Shown here in pieces: positions 23,065 to 37,485 of a stretch of 64,000 nucleotides of DNA. The position numbers were made by a program, and so were the translations under genes. The stretch lies in NCBI GenBank assembly GCA_963743525.1, contig CAVUQH010000002.1, positions 224,001 through 288,000 on the forward strand, given 5' to 3'. The notes under the pieces were generated by a model. The model did not search any database and was not told the origin of the DNA. It saw nothing but the letters and a program-made list of their open reading frames with translations. The first letter of the stretch is position 1; each line of letters starts with the position of its first letter. Origin of the DNA: an uncultured delta proteobacterium (GTDB lineage Bacteria > Myxococcota_A > Polyangia > Haliangiales > Haliangiaceae).

Positions 23065-23244
23065 GTGTTCTTCGAGATCCTTTCACTCTCGCTCATCCTC
23101 GGCAGCATCTTCTTCTTCTACGAGTGCATCGGCTATCTGGCCCACCGCGACTACGCCGCGGCGATCATCCTGATGTTCATCGGCCTGGCGGTGATCTCGG
23201 TGGCCAAGGAGATGGCGCGCCTGGCGCTGGTCAAGAAGGATTGA
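23065..23244 (+). CDS. Small two-TM membrane protein (59 aa)
   Basis: Not in ORF track; SD AAGGAG then GTG: MFFEILSLSLILGSIFFFYECIGYLAHRDYAAAIILMFIGLAVISVAKEMARLALVKKD; TGATG overlap with the next gene. Confidence 0.75.
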   Translation: MFFEILSLSLILGSIFFFYECIGYLAHRDYAAAIILMFIGLAVISVAKEMARLALVKKD

Positions 23245-24233
23245 TGCGGAGGATCTGGATCATCGGCGCGGTCGCCCTGGCCGCGTGCAGCGGCAAGGAG
23301 TCGAGCCACGAATCCGGCGCGGCTCCGACGGCGACGCCTGCGTCCGCCGAGGTGTCCCTCACCGCCGACCCCGGCAATCGGCTGGTCGTCGCGCGGGTCG
23401 ACGGCGTGCCGGTCTACGGCGACTGCGTCGAGCGCCAGGCCGCGGCCCACCACCTCGACGAGCGCGCCGCGCTCGAGGAGTGCATCGACTTCCAGCTGCT
23501 GGCCGGTGAAGCCGATCGCAAGGGCTACCGGACCAACCCGGCCGTGCTCGCCGCGCGCAAGACCGAGATGGCCCGGGCGCTGATCGACGACAAGTTCCTG
23601 GCCCACTTCTCCAGCCCGGAGGACGTGCCCGAATCGGACCTGCACGCGGCCTACGCCCAGCTCAAGGACCGCGAGTACGTGCGTCCCGAGGAGCGCCGCG
23701 AGACCCAGTACGCACGCATCAAGATGTCGGAGAAGACGCCGACGTGGAAGCCCAGGTTCTGGGCGGCGCTGGCGATCTCGTGGTTCGTCTACTGGCACTT
23801 CCAGGACCAGCACGACCTGACCGAGGGAACCTTTCTGCGCGAGGCGGCCGAGGTCGCGGCGCCGTGGGAGGTGGCCCACGAAAAGTACCCGTTCAGCTTT
23901 CCCCAGCACAGCCGGATCCAGGAGGTTTACTCGCGAGCGACCTGGGAGATCCCCGAGCCGGGAATGGTCCACGCGCCGATCCGCAGCCGCTGGGGCTTCG
24001 ACATCATCCTGTTGATCAGCGTCCTGCCGCCGGTGAACCTGTCGTTCGAGCAGGCGCTTCCCGATCTGCGGCAGAAGATCTTTGCCCGCTCGCGCCTGCG
24101 CGCGTTCATCCACTGGTCCGAGTCGCTGTACGGCGGCAAGCCGACCATCGACGACGGCTGGCTCGCGCGCCTGGCCGAGGTCAACGAGGAGCGCGCGCAC
24201 CTCCTGGAGCCAACCGGTGCCGGCGGGCAATGA
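23244..24233 (+). CDS. SurA/PpiC-like peptidyl-prolyl isomerase lipoprotein
   Basis: Lipobox LAAC, VVARVDGVPV, PIRSRWGFDII parvulin-like motif. Confidence 0.65.
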   Translation: MRRIWIIGAVALAACSGKESSHESGAAPTATPASAEVSLTADPGNRLVVARVDGVPVYGDCVERQAAAHHLDERAALEECIDFQLLAGEADRKGYRTNPAVLAARKTEMARALIDDKFLAHFSSPEDVPESDLHAAYAQLKDREYVRPEERRETQYARIKMSEKTPTWKPRFWAALAISWFVYWHFQDQHDLTEGTFLREAAEVAAPWEVAHEKYPFSFPQHSRIQEVYSRATWEIPEPGMVHAPIRSRWGFDIILLISVLPPVNLSFEQALPDLRQKIFARSRLRAFIHWSESLYGGKPTIDDGWLARLAEVNEERAHLLEPTGAGGQ

Positions 24234-24595
24234 GCTCGGCCTTCTCCAACATCCTCCAGGGTGCGGTGGAGCGCATCCCCGGCGCCATGGGCGGCGCCTT
24301 TGCCGCCAGCGACGGCGAGATCGTCAACTCGTACGCAGCCGGCGACCCGTTCGAGTGGGCGGTGTTGACCGCGCACTTCGGGGTGATCGCCGCGCACGTG
24401 CAGGCGGCACTGCACACCTTCCACTACGGCGAAGCGGAGGTAATCCTCCTGGCCCACGACAAGCTGGACATCGTCCTCCACTCGGTGGCCGAGGGCTACT
24501 ACGTGCTGGTCGCCGCCCAGCACCCGGCGCCGCTGGGGCTGGCGATGGACACGCTGGCGTCGGCGGCGGTGGCCCTGCGCGAGGAGATGCGCTGA
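24230..24595 (+). CDS. Roadblock/LC7 (MglB-like) domain protein
   Basis: FSNILQGAVERIPGAMGGAFAASDGEIV...YYVLVA, 121 aa, ATGA coupling. Confidence 0.75.
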   Translation: MSSAFSNILQGAVERIPGAMGGAFAASDGEIVNSYAAGDPFEWAVLTAHFGVIAAHVQAALHTFHYGEAEVILLAHDKLDIVLHSVAEGYYVLVAAQHPAPLGLAMDTLASAAVALREEMR

Positions 24596-25947
24596 TGCGG
24601 CGCGCGCGCATCGGCCTGGTGGTGCTGGTGCTGGCGGCGGTGCTGGCGGCGCCTGCGGTTGCCCGCGCCCAGACCGACGCCGACGCCGGGCCCACCGATT
24701 CAACCAGCGCCCCGCTGCCCGGCGCCGACTACGATCCCGACTCGACGTCGTGGAACGGCCTGGCCCGGCTGGTGGCGCTGGCCCGCGGCATGGGCCTCGA
24801 GGTCTACTCGCCCGAGCAGCTCGACTGGAACGAGCTCGGTCCCGGCGACATCCTGGTCATCCTCTACCCGATGCAGCGGCTGCAACCGACCCACGTGGCC
24901 GCCTTCGTGCGCAACGGCGGGCGGCTGCTCCTGGCCGACGACTTCGGCGACAGCAGCGAGACCCTGGGCTACTTCTCGATCCTCCGCGGCAGCGGCGCGG
25001 CGGTCGACGCCAAACGCTACGCCGCCGACCGCTCGTACGCGCCGGTCGCCACCGCCTGGCTGCCGGACCATGCGCTGGCCGACGGCGCCCCCGAGCTGGT
25101 GACCAACTACCCGGCGGTGCTGCACGACGTCTCCGGCGCCGAGGTGGTGTACGGCTTCGGCGACGACGAGGGCGTCGTCGCCGCCGGCAAGCTGGGCAAT
25201 GGCCGGGTGATCATCAGCTCGGACCCGAGCATCTTCATCAACCGCATGCTGCAGTTCCCCGGCAACCTGCAGTTCGCCGCCAACGCCATCCGCTGGCTGA
25301 TGCGCCCGGGCACGACCACTCGGCTGGTGATCCTGCGCGGGCAGTTCGAGCTGTGGGGCGAGCCCGAAGGCGTGCTCGACGACGGCACCCTGGGCGGCAA
25401 GGTCAACAGCACCATCGACAACTTCAACCGCTGGTTGGAGCAGAACAAAGACTATCTGCTGACCAAGAAGGCGCTGCTGGCACTGTCGATCCTTCTGGCG
25501 ATGGTGGTCGCGCTGGGCGCCGCCATCACCGTGCCGCTGCGGCGCAAGAACGCGCTCGACGGCAGCTGGACCCGCGGCCCCGCGGGCGGCGGCGGCGTGC
25601 CCGACTTCGAGCGGGTGGTCGCGACCTACGACCGCCCCGGCCCGCGCCAGAGCTACGCTCTGCCGGCGGCGATCCTCCGCGACATCGCCGGCGCCGAGCT
25701 GGAGCGGGTGCTGGAATATCCGGAGCCGCTGCACGGATTGTCCGAAACCGAGCTGTACCGGCGGTTGTCCGAAGAGCGTGGAGACGCAGCAGTGGCGGCG
25801 CTGCGGCCGATCTACCCCCGGCTCAAGGCGTTGCCCGGCCGCTGGCAGGCAGCATCTCCGTTCGGCGTGAGTTATGTTTCGCGCCGCGAGTTCGAGCGGC
25901 TGCGCTCCGAAGTGGAGACGCTCGAGAAGGTACTCAGAGGAAAGTAG
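24595..25947 (+). CDS. DUF4350-like membrane protein
   Basis: WNGLARL, FVRNGGRLLLADD, GRVIISSDPSIFINRML; directly upstream of MoxR. Confidence 0.75.
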   Translation: MRRARIGLVVLVLAAVLAAPAVARAQTDADAGPTDSTSAPLPGADYDPDSTSWNGLARLVALARGMGLEVYSPEQLDWNELGPGDILVILYPMQRLQPTHVAAFVRNGGRLLLADDFGDSSETLGYFSILRGSGAAVDAKRYAADRSYAPVATAWLPDHALADGAPELVTNYPAVLHDVSGAEVVYGFGDDEGVVAAGKLGNGRVIISSDPSIFINRMLQFPGNLQFAANAIRWLMRPGTTTRLVILRGQFELWGEPEGVLDDGTLGGKVNSTIDNFNRWLEQNKDYLLTKKALLALSILLAMVVALGAAITVPLRRKNALDGSWTRGPAGGGGVPDFERVVATYDRPGPRQSYALPAAILRDIAGAELERVLEYPEPLHGLSETELYRRLSEERGDAAVAALRPIYPRLKALPGRWQAASPFGVSYVSRREFERLRSEVETLEKVLRGK

Positions 25948-25953
25948 GGATTC

Positions 25954-26940
<987 letters not shown>

Positions 26941-26947
26941 CCCGGAG

Positions 26948-28660
26948 GTGATCCCGTCGCTGGCGATGCGCGGCAAGCTGGTCCTGGCCAGCGGTGCCAC
27001 GTTCGTCGTCGTCGGGGCGCTGTACACCGCGCCGCCGCTGGTGGCCCTGGGCGGCGTGGTCGTCTTCGCGGTGCTCGCCGCCTACCTGTGGTTCTTCCCC
27101 ACGGCGATCTTGTTGCGGCGACGCAAGATCGAGCTGTCGTGGTGGGTGCCGCCGGGCGACCAGCCGGGCGGCGCGCTGTCGGTTAACCGGCCGTTCGAAT
27201 TGCACGTAGCGCTGCGCAACCACGGCGGCCGACCGCTGCGGGTGCTGTCGTGCGACATCCTCGGCACCGCAGCGCTGGAGCTGCCGCAGCACCTCGAGGC
27301 GCTGGTTCCCGCCGGGCGCCAGGTCGAGCTGGTCGGCGAGACCCGGGCCGCGTCGGCCGGCTACCAGGTGGTCCACGGCGCGGTGCTGATCTTCGGCGAC
27401 ATCCTGGGGCTGTTCGACGTCCGCGCCTACTTCCCCAACCCGATCGCGCTCAAGGTGTTCCCGCGGGCGACGGCGCTGTCGCGCTTTGCCAGCATGCGCC
27501 CGCGCGGCGGCGCGCTGCACGAGCGGGTCGGCCTGCACCAGGTGCGCCAGCGCGGCTTGCAGGGCGAGCTGCGCGAGCTGCGCGATCACTTCATGGGCGA
27601 TCCGTTCAAGCAGATCGCGTGGAAGGCGACCGCGCGGCGGCGCAAGCTGACCGTGCGCGAGATGGAGACCGAGATCGTGGTCACCCACCAGATCCTGGTC
27701 AACATCTCCGGCAGCATGCGCGGCGGTCGCCCGGGCCGGACCAAGCTCGACTACGCCATCGACACCGCCGCGGCGCTGGCGCGCAGCGCGCTGGAGGCCG
27801 GCGACCGGGTCGGCATGGTGACGTTCGACTCGCGCATCTACTCCGAGCTGCGCGCGGGCACCGGTCACCACCACTTTCTCAAGCTGGTCGACCGCCTGGT
27901 CGAGCTGCACAGCATCGTCAACGAGGATCTGACCGACCTGACCACCGGCGAGCTGGTCACCGCGGTGGCCAAATACCTGGCTCATCAGGAGGCGGTCGAC
28001 GTGCGGTTGCAGCGGGCGCCGCCGCTCGACAGTCCCAAGTGGGAGCGGATCCAGGCCGGGCCGAGCGGCGAGCTCTACGATCTGGGGGTCATGAACACGG
28101 TCGTCACCACGCTGCTCAAGTCGATGGGCCAGGCAGCGCAGCAGCGATCGCTGGCGCCGGCGTGGTGGTGGTCGCGGGTCAACGTGTCGGCCGACGCCGA
28201 TCCGCGCATGGCCAAGCTGCGTCTGTTCTGCCGCCTGCGCGGCATCGAGCTGCCCTACCGCCCGCGCCACGAGGTTGGCCGACGCGCCCGCGGCCTGGCT
28301 GCCGCCATCAGCCGGGTCACCACCGAGTCGCGGGCAGACGTCATCATGGTCATCTCCGACCTGGTCGGTGTCGCCGAGGCGCCGGAGCTTTCGATCAATC
28401 CGCTGGCCCGGGCCAAGCGCGGCGGTCAGCGAGTGGTGGTGGTGGCGCCGTTCGGCCCCGCGTTCGCCCCGCCGCCGCGGAGCGCCGAGGCGCAGAGCGT
28501 CGCCGCGGTGCTGGGCCGCGACGCGCGGGCGGTGCTGGACACGGCTAGCCGGGCGATCCTGCGGCACGGCATACCGGTCATCGAGACCGGGCCGCGGGAT
28601 GGGATCGGCAGTGTGCTGAGGCGGATCTCGCAGAGCCGGACGCTGCGCCAGGTCGCCTGA
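26948..28660 (+). CDS. DUF58 domain protein (MoxR partner)
   Basis: ELRELRDHFMGDPFKQIAWKATAR, NISGSM, GDRVGMVTF, VISDL. Confidence 0.9.
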   Translation: MIPSLAMRGKLVLASGATFVVVGALYTAPPLVALGGVVVFAVLAAYLWFFPTAILLRRRKIELSWWVPPGDQPGGALSVNRPFELHVALRNHGGRPLRVLSCDILGTAALELPQHLEALVPAGRQVELVGETRAASAGYQVVHGAVLIFGDILGLFDVRAYFPNPIALKVFPRATALSRFASMRPRGGALHERVGLHQVRQRGLQGELRELRDHFMGDPFKQIAWKATARRRKLTVREMETEIVVTHQILVNISGSMRGGRPGRTKLDYAIDTAAALARSALEAGDRVGMVTFDSRIYSELRAGTGHHHFLKLVDRLVELHSIVNEDLTDLTTGELVTAVAKYLAHQEAVDVRLQRAPPLDSPKWERIQAGPSGELYDLGVMNTVVTTLLKSMGQAAQQRSLAPAWWWSRVNVSADADPRMAKLRLFCRLRGIELPYRPRHEVGRRARGLAAAISRVTTESRADVIMVISDLVGVAEAPELSINPLARAKRGGQRVVVVAPFGPAFAPPPRSAEAQSVAAVLGRDARAVLDTASRAILRHGIPVIETGPRDGIGSVLRRISQSRTLRQVA

Positions 28661-28678
28661 GCTGGCGCGCCCCGCGGG

Positions 28679-29036
28679 CGCGTCCGGGTCCGCGTCCGGA
28701 TCCGCGTCCGGATCCGCGTCCGGGTCCGCGTCCGGATCCGCGTCCGGATCCGCGTCCGGATCCGCGTCCGGATCCGCGTCCGGATCCGTGTCCGGATCCG
28801 CGTCCGGATCCGCGTCCGGATCCGCGTCCGGATCCGCGTCCGGATCCGCGTCCGGATCCGCGTCCGGATCCGCGTCCGGATCCGTGTCCGGATCCGCGTC
28901 CGGATCCGCGTCCGGATCCGCGTCCGGATCCGTGTCCGGATCCGTGTCCGGATCCGCGTCCGGATCCGCGTCCGGATCCGCGTCCGGATCCGCGTCCGGA
29001 TCCGTGTCCGGATCCGTGTCCGGATCCGTGTCCGTG
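28679..29036. repeat. Tandem array of 12-mer CGTCCGGATCCG (CGG-NNN hexamers on the minus strand)
   Basis: 29 full units counted from 28681, with variants TGT and GGT; contains 27 GGATCC palindromes. Confidence 0.97.
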
Positions 29037-29080
29037 CTGCCTGTTTAGAGGAGTGGCTCGCGCTCGTGAGTCTCGATCGT

Positions 29081-29164
29081 CGCCCAGTGCTCGGCGGCGT
29101 CAAGAGTTCGCGCGCGCGGAGCGCGCGCCGCTTCGCGCTCTTGACCCCGCCTGCGCGCTGGGCG
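29081..29164 (+). promoter_or_regulatory. Long imperfect hairpin upstream of the four-helix-bundle gene
   Basis: CGCCCAGTGC/GCGCTGGGCG, GGCGG/CCGCC, GTCAAGAG/CTCTTGAC, apex GCGCGCGC-GGA-GCGCGCGC. Confidence 0.7.
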
Positions 29165-29200
29165 GGTGGGGATGCCTCACTTTCGCAAGGAGAGGATCGG

Positions 29201-29518
29201 ATGCTTCGTATTCAGGCTGTTTGCATCGAGTTGGTTCGTGACGTCAGGCGGCTGGCCGGGCGGATCGAGAAGTACGACAAGGACCAGGCCAGGCAACTCC
29301 GGCGATCGGCGACGTCAATCGTGCTGAACTTGGCGGAGGGCGAGGGCAATCGCGGCGGCACGCGCCGGACACGCTACGACAGCGCGCTCGGCTCCACGCG
29401 GGAGACGCTGGCGAACTTGCAGGTCGCCGAGGCCCTGGGCTACGTCGGGACACTCGACACCGACCTGCTGGATTGCTTCGATCGCGTGGCCGCCACGCTC
29501 TTCCGGCTCATCCGCTGA
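29201..29518 (+). CDS. Four-helix-bundle protein (23S rRNA intervening-sequence protein / Avd-like family), 105 aa
   Basis: SD AAGGAGAGG; signature QLRRSATSIVLNLAEG...ALGSTRET...AEALGY. Confidence 0.9.
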   Translation: MLRIQAVCIELVRDVRRLAGRIEKYDKDQARQLRRSATSIVLNLAEGEGNRGGTRRTRYDSALGSTRETLANLQVAEALGYVGTLDTDLLDCFDRVAATLFRLIR

Positions 29519-29562
29519 GCCACTCGACGGGCGGGCGAGCTCATCTCGCCCTCGCCCTCTCG

Positions 29563-30211
29563 CGGGCCCGGTCGCGGTCGCGGTCCCGGACGCGGACCCG
29601 GTCACGGTCGCGGTCGCGGACCCGGTCGCGGTCGCGGACCCGGTCACGGTCACGGTCGCGGACCCGGTCACGGTCGCGGACCCGGACTCGGACCGGTCGC
29701 GGTCGCGGACCCGGACCCGGTCCGGTCCGGACCCGGTCGCGGACCCGGTCCGGTCGCGGTCGCGGACCCGGTCGCGGACCCGGTCACGGTCGCGGATCCG
29801 GACGCGGATCCGGACCCGGATCCGGTCGCGGTCGCGGACCCGGTCCGGACCCGGACGCGGATCCGGACCCGGATCCGGACCCGGTCGCGGACCCGGTCGC
29901 GGTCGCGGACCCGGTCGCGGATCCGGACGCGGATCCGGACGCGGATCCGGACCCGGATCCGGTCGCGGTCGCGGATCCGGACCCGGTCGCGGATCCGGAC
30001 CCGGTCGCGGATCCGGACCCGGTCGCGGACCCGGTCGCGGTCGCGGTCGCGGATCCGGACGCGGATCCGGACGCGGATCCGGATCCGGATCCGGACGCGG
30101 ATCCGGACGCGGATCCGGATCCGGACCCGGTCGCGGATCCGGACCCGGTCGCGGATCCGGACCCGGATCCGGACCCGGTCGCGGACCCGTTCGCGGACCC
30201 GTTCGCGGACC
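29563..30211. repeat. Hexamer tandem array CGG+(TCG/ACC/TCA/ATC/ACG)
   Basis: ~108 units with a few single-base slips; ends at the smc stop codon. Confidence 0.97.
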
Positions 30212-34102
<3,891 letters not shown>

Positions 34103-34326
34103 CCGTTTACCCAGTGACGCCTTCGGTTGGAGAGATCCCGTCCGATCCCGGGAGACGGGATGCGGGAAAGCGCCGCCAGTGTGGGGGGCCCCTATGACAA
34201 TCCGGAGCCGTTCGTAGCCCGATTCACCCGAGATCGCCACACACGGGGCAGAACAGGTCAAGTTTTCGGCCAACCCCCCGGTAACGTTGGGGCGAGATCC
34301 GTCGCCTCGTGCTATCACCGGTGGCG

Positions 34327-36060
34327 ATGCGGACCGCCGCGTGGGCCATCGTGGCCGCCGCCCTCGCCCTCGTCCTGGCGGCCCCGCCCGTCCGGGCCGC
34401 GCCCCAGGTGGTGGTCAAAGCCCGCACCGCCATCGAGGTCAACCCGGTGCGGCGCGACGCCAACGGCATCGTCGTGCGCGGCCGTGTGGTCAACAAATTC
34501 AGCCGCGCACCGATCGGCTGGGTTGGCCTGCAGGTGGCTCTCGACCAGCTGGTTCGCCAGGTGGCGACCGACTCGGCCGGCGGCTTCGAGGCCCGGTTCC
34601 AGGTCACGACCGGCCGCCACGACCTGATCGTCAGCTTCGACGGCGACCTGCGCCACGACCCGTCGCGGTTCGAGATGCTCGGCTTCGACGTCACCAAGAA
34701 CCCGCTGTCGCTGCACCTGTCGCTGTCGCGGGCGGTGGCCAGCTATGGCGCCGACACCGTCGAGGTGTTCGTCACCTCCGAGACCGACTTCGGCGGCGTG
34801 CCGCTGCCGATCCAGCTGACCCTGGCCGACGAGGACGCCCCCACCGACGTCCACCCGCTGCGGGTCGTCACCGACGCCAACGGCAAGGGCAAGATCGAGC
34901 TGCCGCCGGACCGGCTGGGCGCCCCCGGGCGCAAGCTGGTGGTCGCCCACTACCCCGGCGACGACGCCTATGACCGCGCCGAGGACCAGGTGTCGTTCCT
35001 GGTCAAGACCGACACCACCACCGAGCTGACCCTGGGCAAGAGCCGCATCGCCTACGAGGATCACCTGCGCGGCGCGGGCCGGGTGGTCAACGCCAGCGGC
35101 AAGGGCATCCCCGACGGCGCCATCGCGGTGATGTCCGGCAACCAGCGGATCGCCGACACCGCCACCGGCGACGACGGCCGCTTCAGCTTCTCCATCGCCG
35201 GCTCCGAGCTGGGCGCCGACAAGCACGCCATCCAGGCCATCTTCGAACCATCCAAGGACTGGCAGCGCGCCAGCCGGTCGACGCCGCCGCAGCTGGTGGA
35301 GGTCGCCCAGCCCGAGCCGGTGCCGGTCAGCTATACGGTGGCGGCGTTCGCGGCTGCGGCGCTGATGATCCTTCTGTTCATCCTCGCGCGCACCCGGCCG
35401 TGGGAGCGCTGGCTGACCCGCCTGCGCGCGCGCCGCGCGGCGCCGGCGGAGCGCACCGAGGAAGGCGCCGACGACAGCGGCCCCGAGCGAGCGGTGCAGA
35501 CCGGCCTGTCGCTGGCCCGGCCGAGCCTGGTGTCAACCCTGCGGCGCAGCCGCGACCTGGGCTTTGCCGGCGTGGTCCGCGACGCCCTGAGCCAGCGACC
35601 GGTGGCCGGCGCCGCGCTGACCCTGGAAAACGACGCCGGCGAGCAGCGCACCGCCAGCCCCGATGCCGGCGGCCGCTTCGCCGTCGAGGAGCTGTTGCCC
35701 GGGCGCTGGACCGTGGCCGTCAGTGCCCACGGCTACGTCACCGAGCGGTTCGACATCACCCTGCCCCACCGCGGCGAGCTGCGCGGAGTGCGCGTCAACC
35801 TGCTGGCCGTACGGGAGCGGATCTTCGCCCTCTACGGCGTCGCCGCACGGCCGCTCCTGCCCGATCCGGAGTTGTGGGGCATCTGGTCGCCGCGGCAGAT
35901 CTTCACCCACGTCCGCACCGACCGGCCCCCGGCCTCGGCGATGTCCGAGCTGACCGACTTCGTCGAGGAGACCTACTTCTCCCAGCGGATCCCGGGGGAG
36001 GAGCAGATCGGCGAGGCGCGGGAGAGAATCGCCCGGGTCCGCGAAGAAACCGGCCCGTAG
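34327..36060 (+). CDS. Ig-like / carboxypeptidase-regulatory-like membrane protein with DUF4129-like C-terminus
   Basis: Signal peptide, beta-sandwich repeats, TM at ~aa 340, PGRWTVAVSAHGY, C-terminal ELTDFVEETYF. Confidence 0.65.
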   Translation: MRTAAWAIVAAALALVLAAPPVRAAPQVVVKARTAIEVNPVRRDANGIVVRGRVVNKFSRAPIGWVGLQVALDQLVRQVATDSAGGFEARFQVTTGRHDLIVSFDGDLRHDPSRFEMLGFDVTKNPLSLHLSLSRAVASYGADTVEVFVTSETDFGGVPLPIQLTLADEDAPTDVHPLRVVTDANGKGKIELPPDRLGAPGRKLVVAHYPGDDAYDRAEDQVSFLVKTDTTTELTLGKSRIAYEDHLRGAGRVVNASGKGIPDGAIAVMSGNQRIADTATGDDGRFSFSIAGSELGADKHAIQAIFEPSKDWQRASRSTPPQLVEVAQPEPVPVSYTVAAFAAAALMILLFILARTRPWERWLTRLRARRAAPAERTEEGADDSGPERAVQTGLSLARPSLVSTLRRSRDLGFAGVVRDALSQRPVAGAALTLENDAGEQRTASPDAGGRFAVEELLPGRWTVAVSAHGYVTERFDITLPHRGELRGVRVNLLAVRERIFALYGVAARPLLPDPELWGIWSPRQIFTHVRTDRPPASAMSELTDFVEETYFSQRIPGEEQIGEARERIARVREETGP

Positions 36061-36123
36061 CGGCACACGGCCGGCGCCGGGGGCTGGCGACGGCGCCCGC
36101 CGCACAGGTATAACCGGCCGACC

Positions 36124-37302
36124 ATGGGAATGGAGATCGTCTGGGCGCTCGGCGCGCTGGTCGCGGTGGGCGTGTTCCTGCTGATCGTCCGGCGCGCGTC
36201 CAATCGACAGCTCGCCGACGGCGGCGAGGCGATGCGCAAGCGCCTGCGCGACGTCGGCCGCGACGACGAGGAGGCGCCCGAGGAGGCTGTCGAGGAGGCC
36301 GAAGCCGAGGAGGAAGAGGCCGAGGAGCCCGAGGACGAGGACGAGGAAGAAGAAGCGGAGGAAGCCGAGCCGGAGGAGCCGGCCGGACGCTCCCTGGACG
36401 AGGGCCTGGCCCGGACCCGGGGCGGCTTCGTCGCCCGCCTGGGCAAGCTGTTCGCCAAGAAGACCATCGACGACGACGTCCTCGAGGAGCTGGAGCAGGT
36501 GCTTTTCGAGGCCGATATCGGGCCCAAGACCGCGGAACGACTGTTCTCGGTCATCAAGAAGTCGATGAAGAAGGACGAGCTGGCCGACCCGGCGGCGATC
36601 TGGTCACGGATCCGCGAGGAGTCGGCCACCATCCTCTCAGTGGACTCTCCCGCCGTGGATTTCTCGGCCCACAAACCGTTCGTGTTGCTCACCATCGGAG
36701 TCAACGGCGTCGGCAAGACGACGACCATCGGCAAGCTCGCAGCCAAGCTGTCGCGCGAGGGCAAGAAGGTCTTGCTCGCCGCCGGCGACACCTTCCGCGC
36801 CGCCGCGGTCGAGCAGCTCGAGATCTGGGGCAAGCGCTCCGGCTCGGACGTGGTCAAGGGCAAGTCCGGTGGAGATCCCTCGTCGGTCATCTTCGACGCC
36901 ATTCGCAAGGGCGCCGAGGAGGGCTACGACGTGGTCATCGCCGACACCGCCGGCCGCCTGCACACCAAGAAGGAGCTGATGGACGAGCTCAAGAAGGTGG
37001 GCCGGGTGTGCGAGAAGGCGCTGCCCGGGGCCCCCCACGAGACCTGGTTGGTCCTCGACTCGACCACCGGACAGAACGCCATCCAGCAGGCGCAGCTGTT
37101 CAAAGAGGCGATGAACATCACCGGGATCGTCCTGACCAAGCTCGACGGCACCGCCAAGGGCGGTGTCATCCTGGGAATCTGTGACGAGATGAAAGTGCCG
37201 GTCCGCTACATCGGCATCGGCGAGCAGGTGGACGATCTGCGGGTGTTCGACCCGGAATCGTTCGTCGCAGCCCTCTATCAGGAGGCTGCCAATGCTGCAT
37301 GA
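36124..37302 (+). CDS. ftsY: SRP receptor FtsY
   Basis: [40 protein letters not shown]-terminal TM and acidic linker. Confidence 0.98.
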   Translation: MGMEIVWALGALVAVGVFLLIVRRASNRQLADGGEAMRKRLRDVGRDDEEAPEEAVEEAEAEEEEAEEPEDEDEEEEAEEAEPEEPAGRSLDEGLARTRGGFVARLGKLFAKKTIDDDVLEELEQVLFEADIGPKTAERLFSVIKKSMKKDELADPAAIWSRIREESATILSVDSPAVDFSAHKPFVLLTIGVNGVGKTTTIGKLAAKLSREGKKVLLAAGDTFRAAAVEQLEIWGKRSGSDVVKGKSGGDPSSVIFDAIRKGAEEGYDVVIADTAGRLHTKKELMDELKKVGRVCEKALPGAPHETWLVLDSTTGQNAIQQAQLFKEAMNITGIVLTKLDGTAKGGVILGICDEMKVPVRYIGIGEQVDDLRVFDPESFVAALYQEAANAA

Positions 37303-37366
37303 CAATCGAGCCGCGGAGCTGCCGCAACCTGTCAGGAGCGGCCGGGTCTATTCCCCGGTCACCGGC

Positions 37367-37396
37367 TTGCGCCGCGAAAAAACGCCATGTTATAGT
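37367..37396 (+). promoter_or_regulatory. Putative sigma70-type promoter for the beta-barrel pair
   Basis: TTGCGC-18 bp-TATAGT with extended -10 TG, in an AT-enriched intergenic region. Confidence 0.45.
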
Positions 37397-37485
37397 GCGC
37401 CAGCGCTCGCGAGAGGGTCTAAACGCTGGGAATCGCAGGGCTTTTTCGGGTGCCCATGCAGCCCCGGCGAAGGGAGAAAGCGTCG

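Larger units (their letters stand above)
28679..30211 (+). mobile_element. Candidate cassette: inverted hexamer arrays flanking a four-helix-bundle gene
   Basis: Nested inverted symmetry seen in sequence; mobility is inferred only, and no target-site duplication was identified. Confidence 0.4.

Noticed and set aside
29201..29518. 23S rRNA intervening sequence
   Set aside because: The flanks are protein genes and microsatellites with no rRNA sequence
28679..30211. CRISPR array or diversity-generating retroelement
   Set aside because: No repeat-unique spacer structure and no cas genes; no reverse transcriptase or TR/VR pair in the window despite the Avd-like protein
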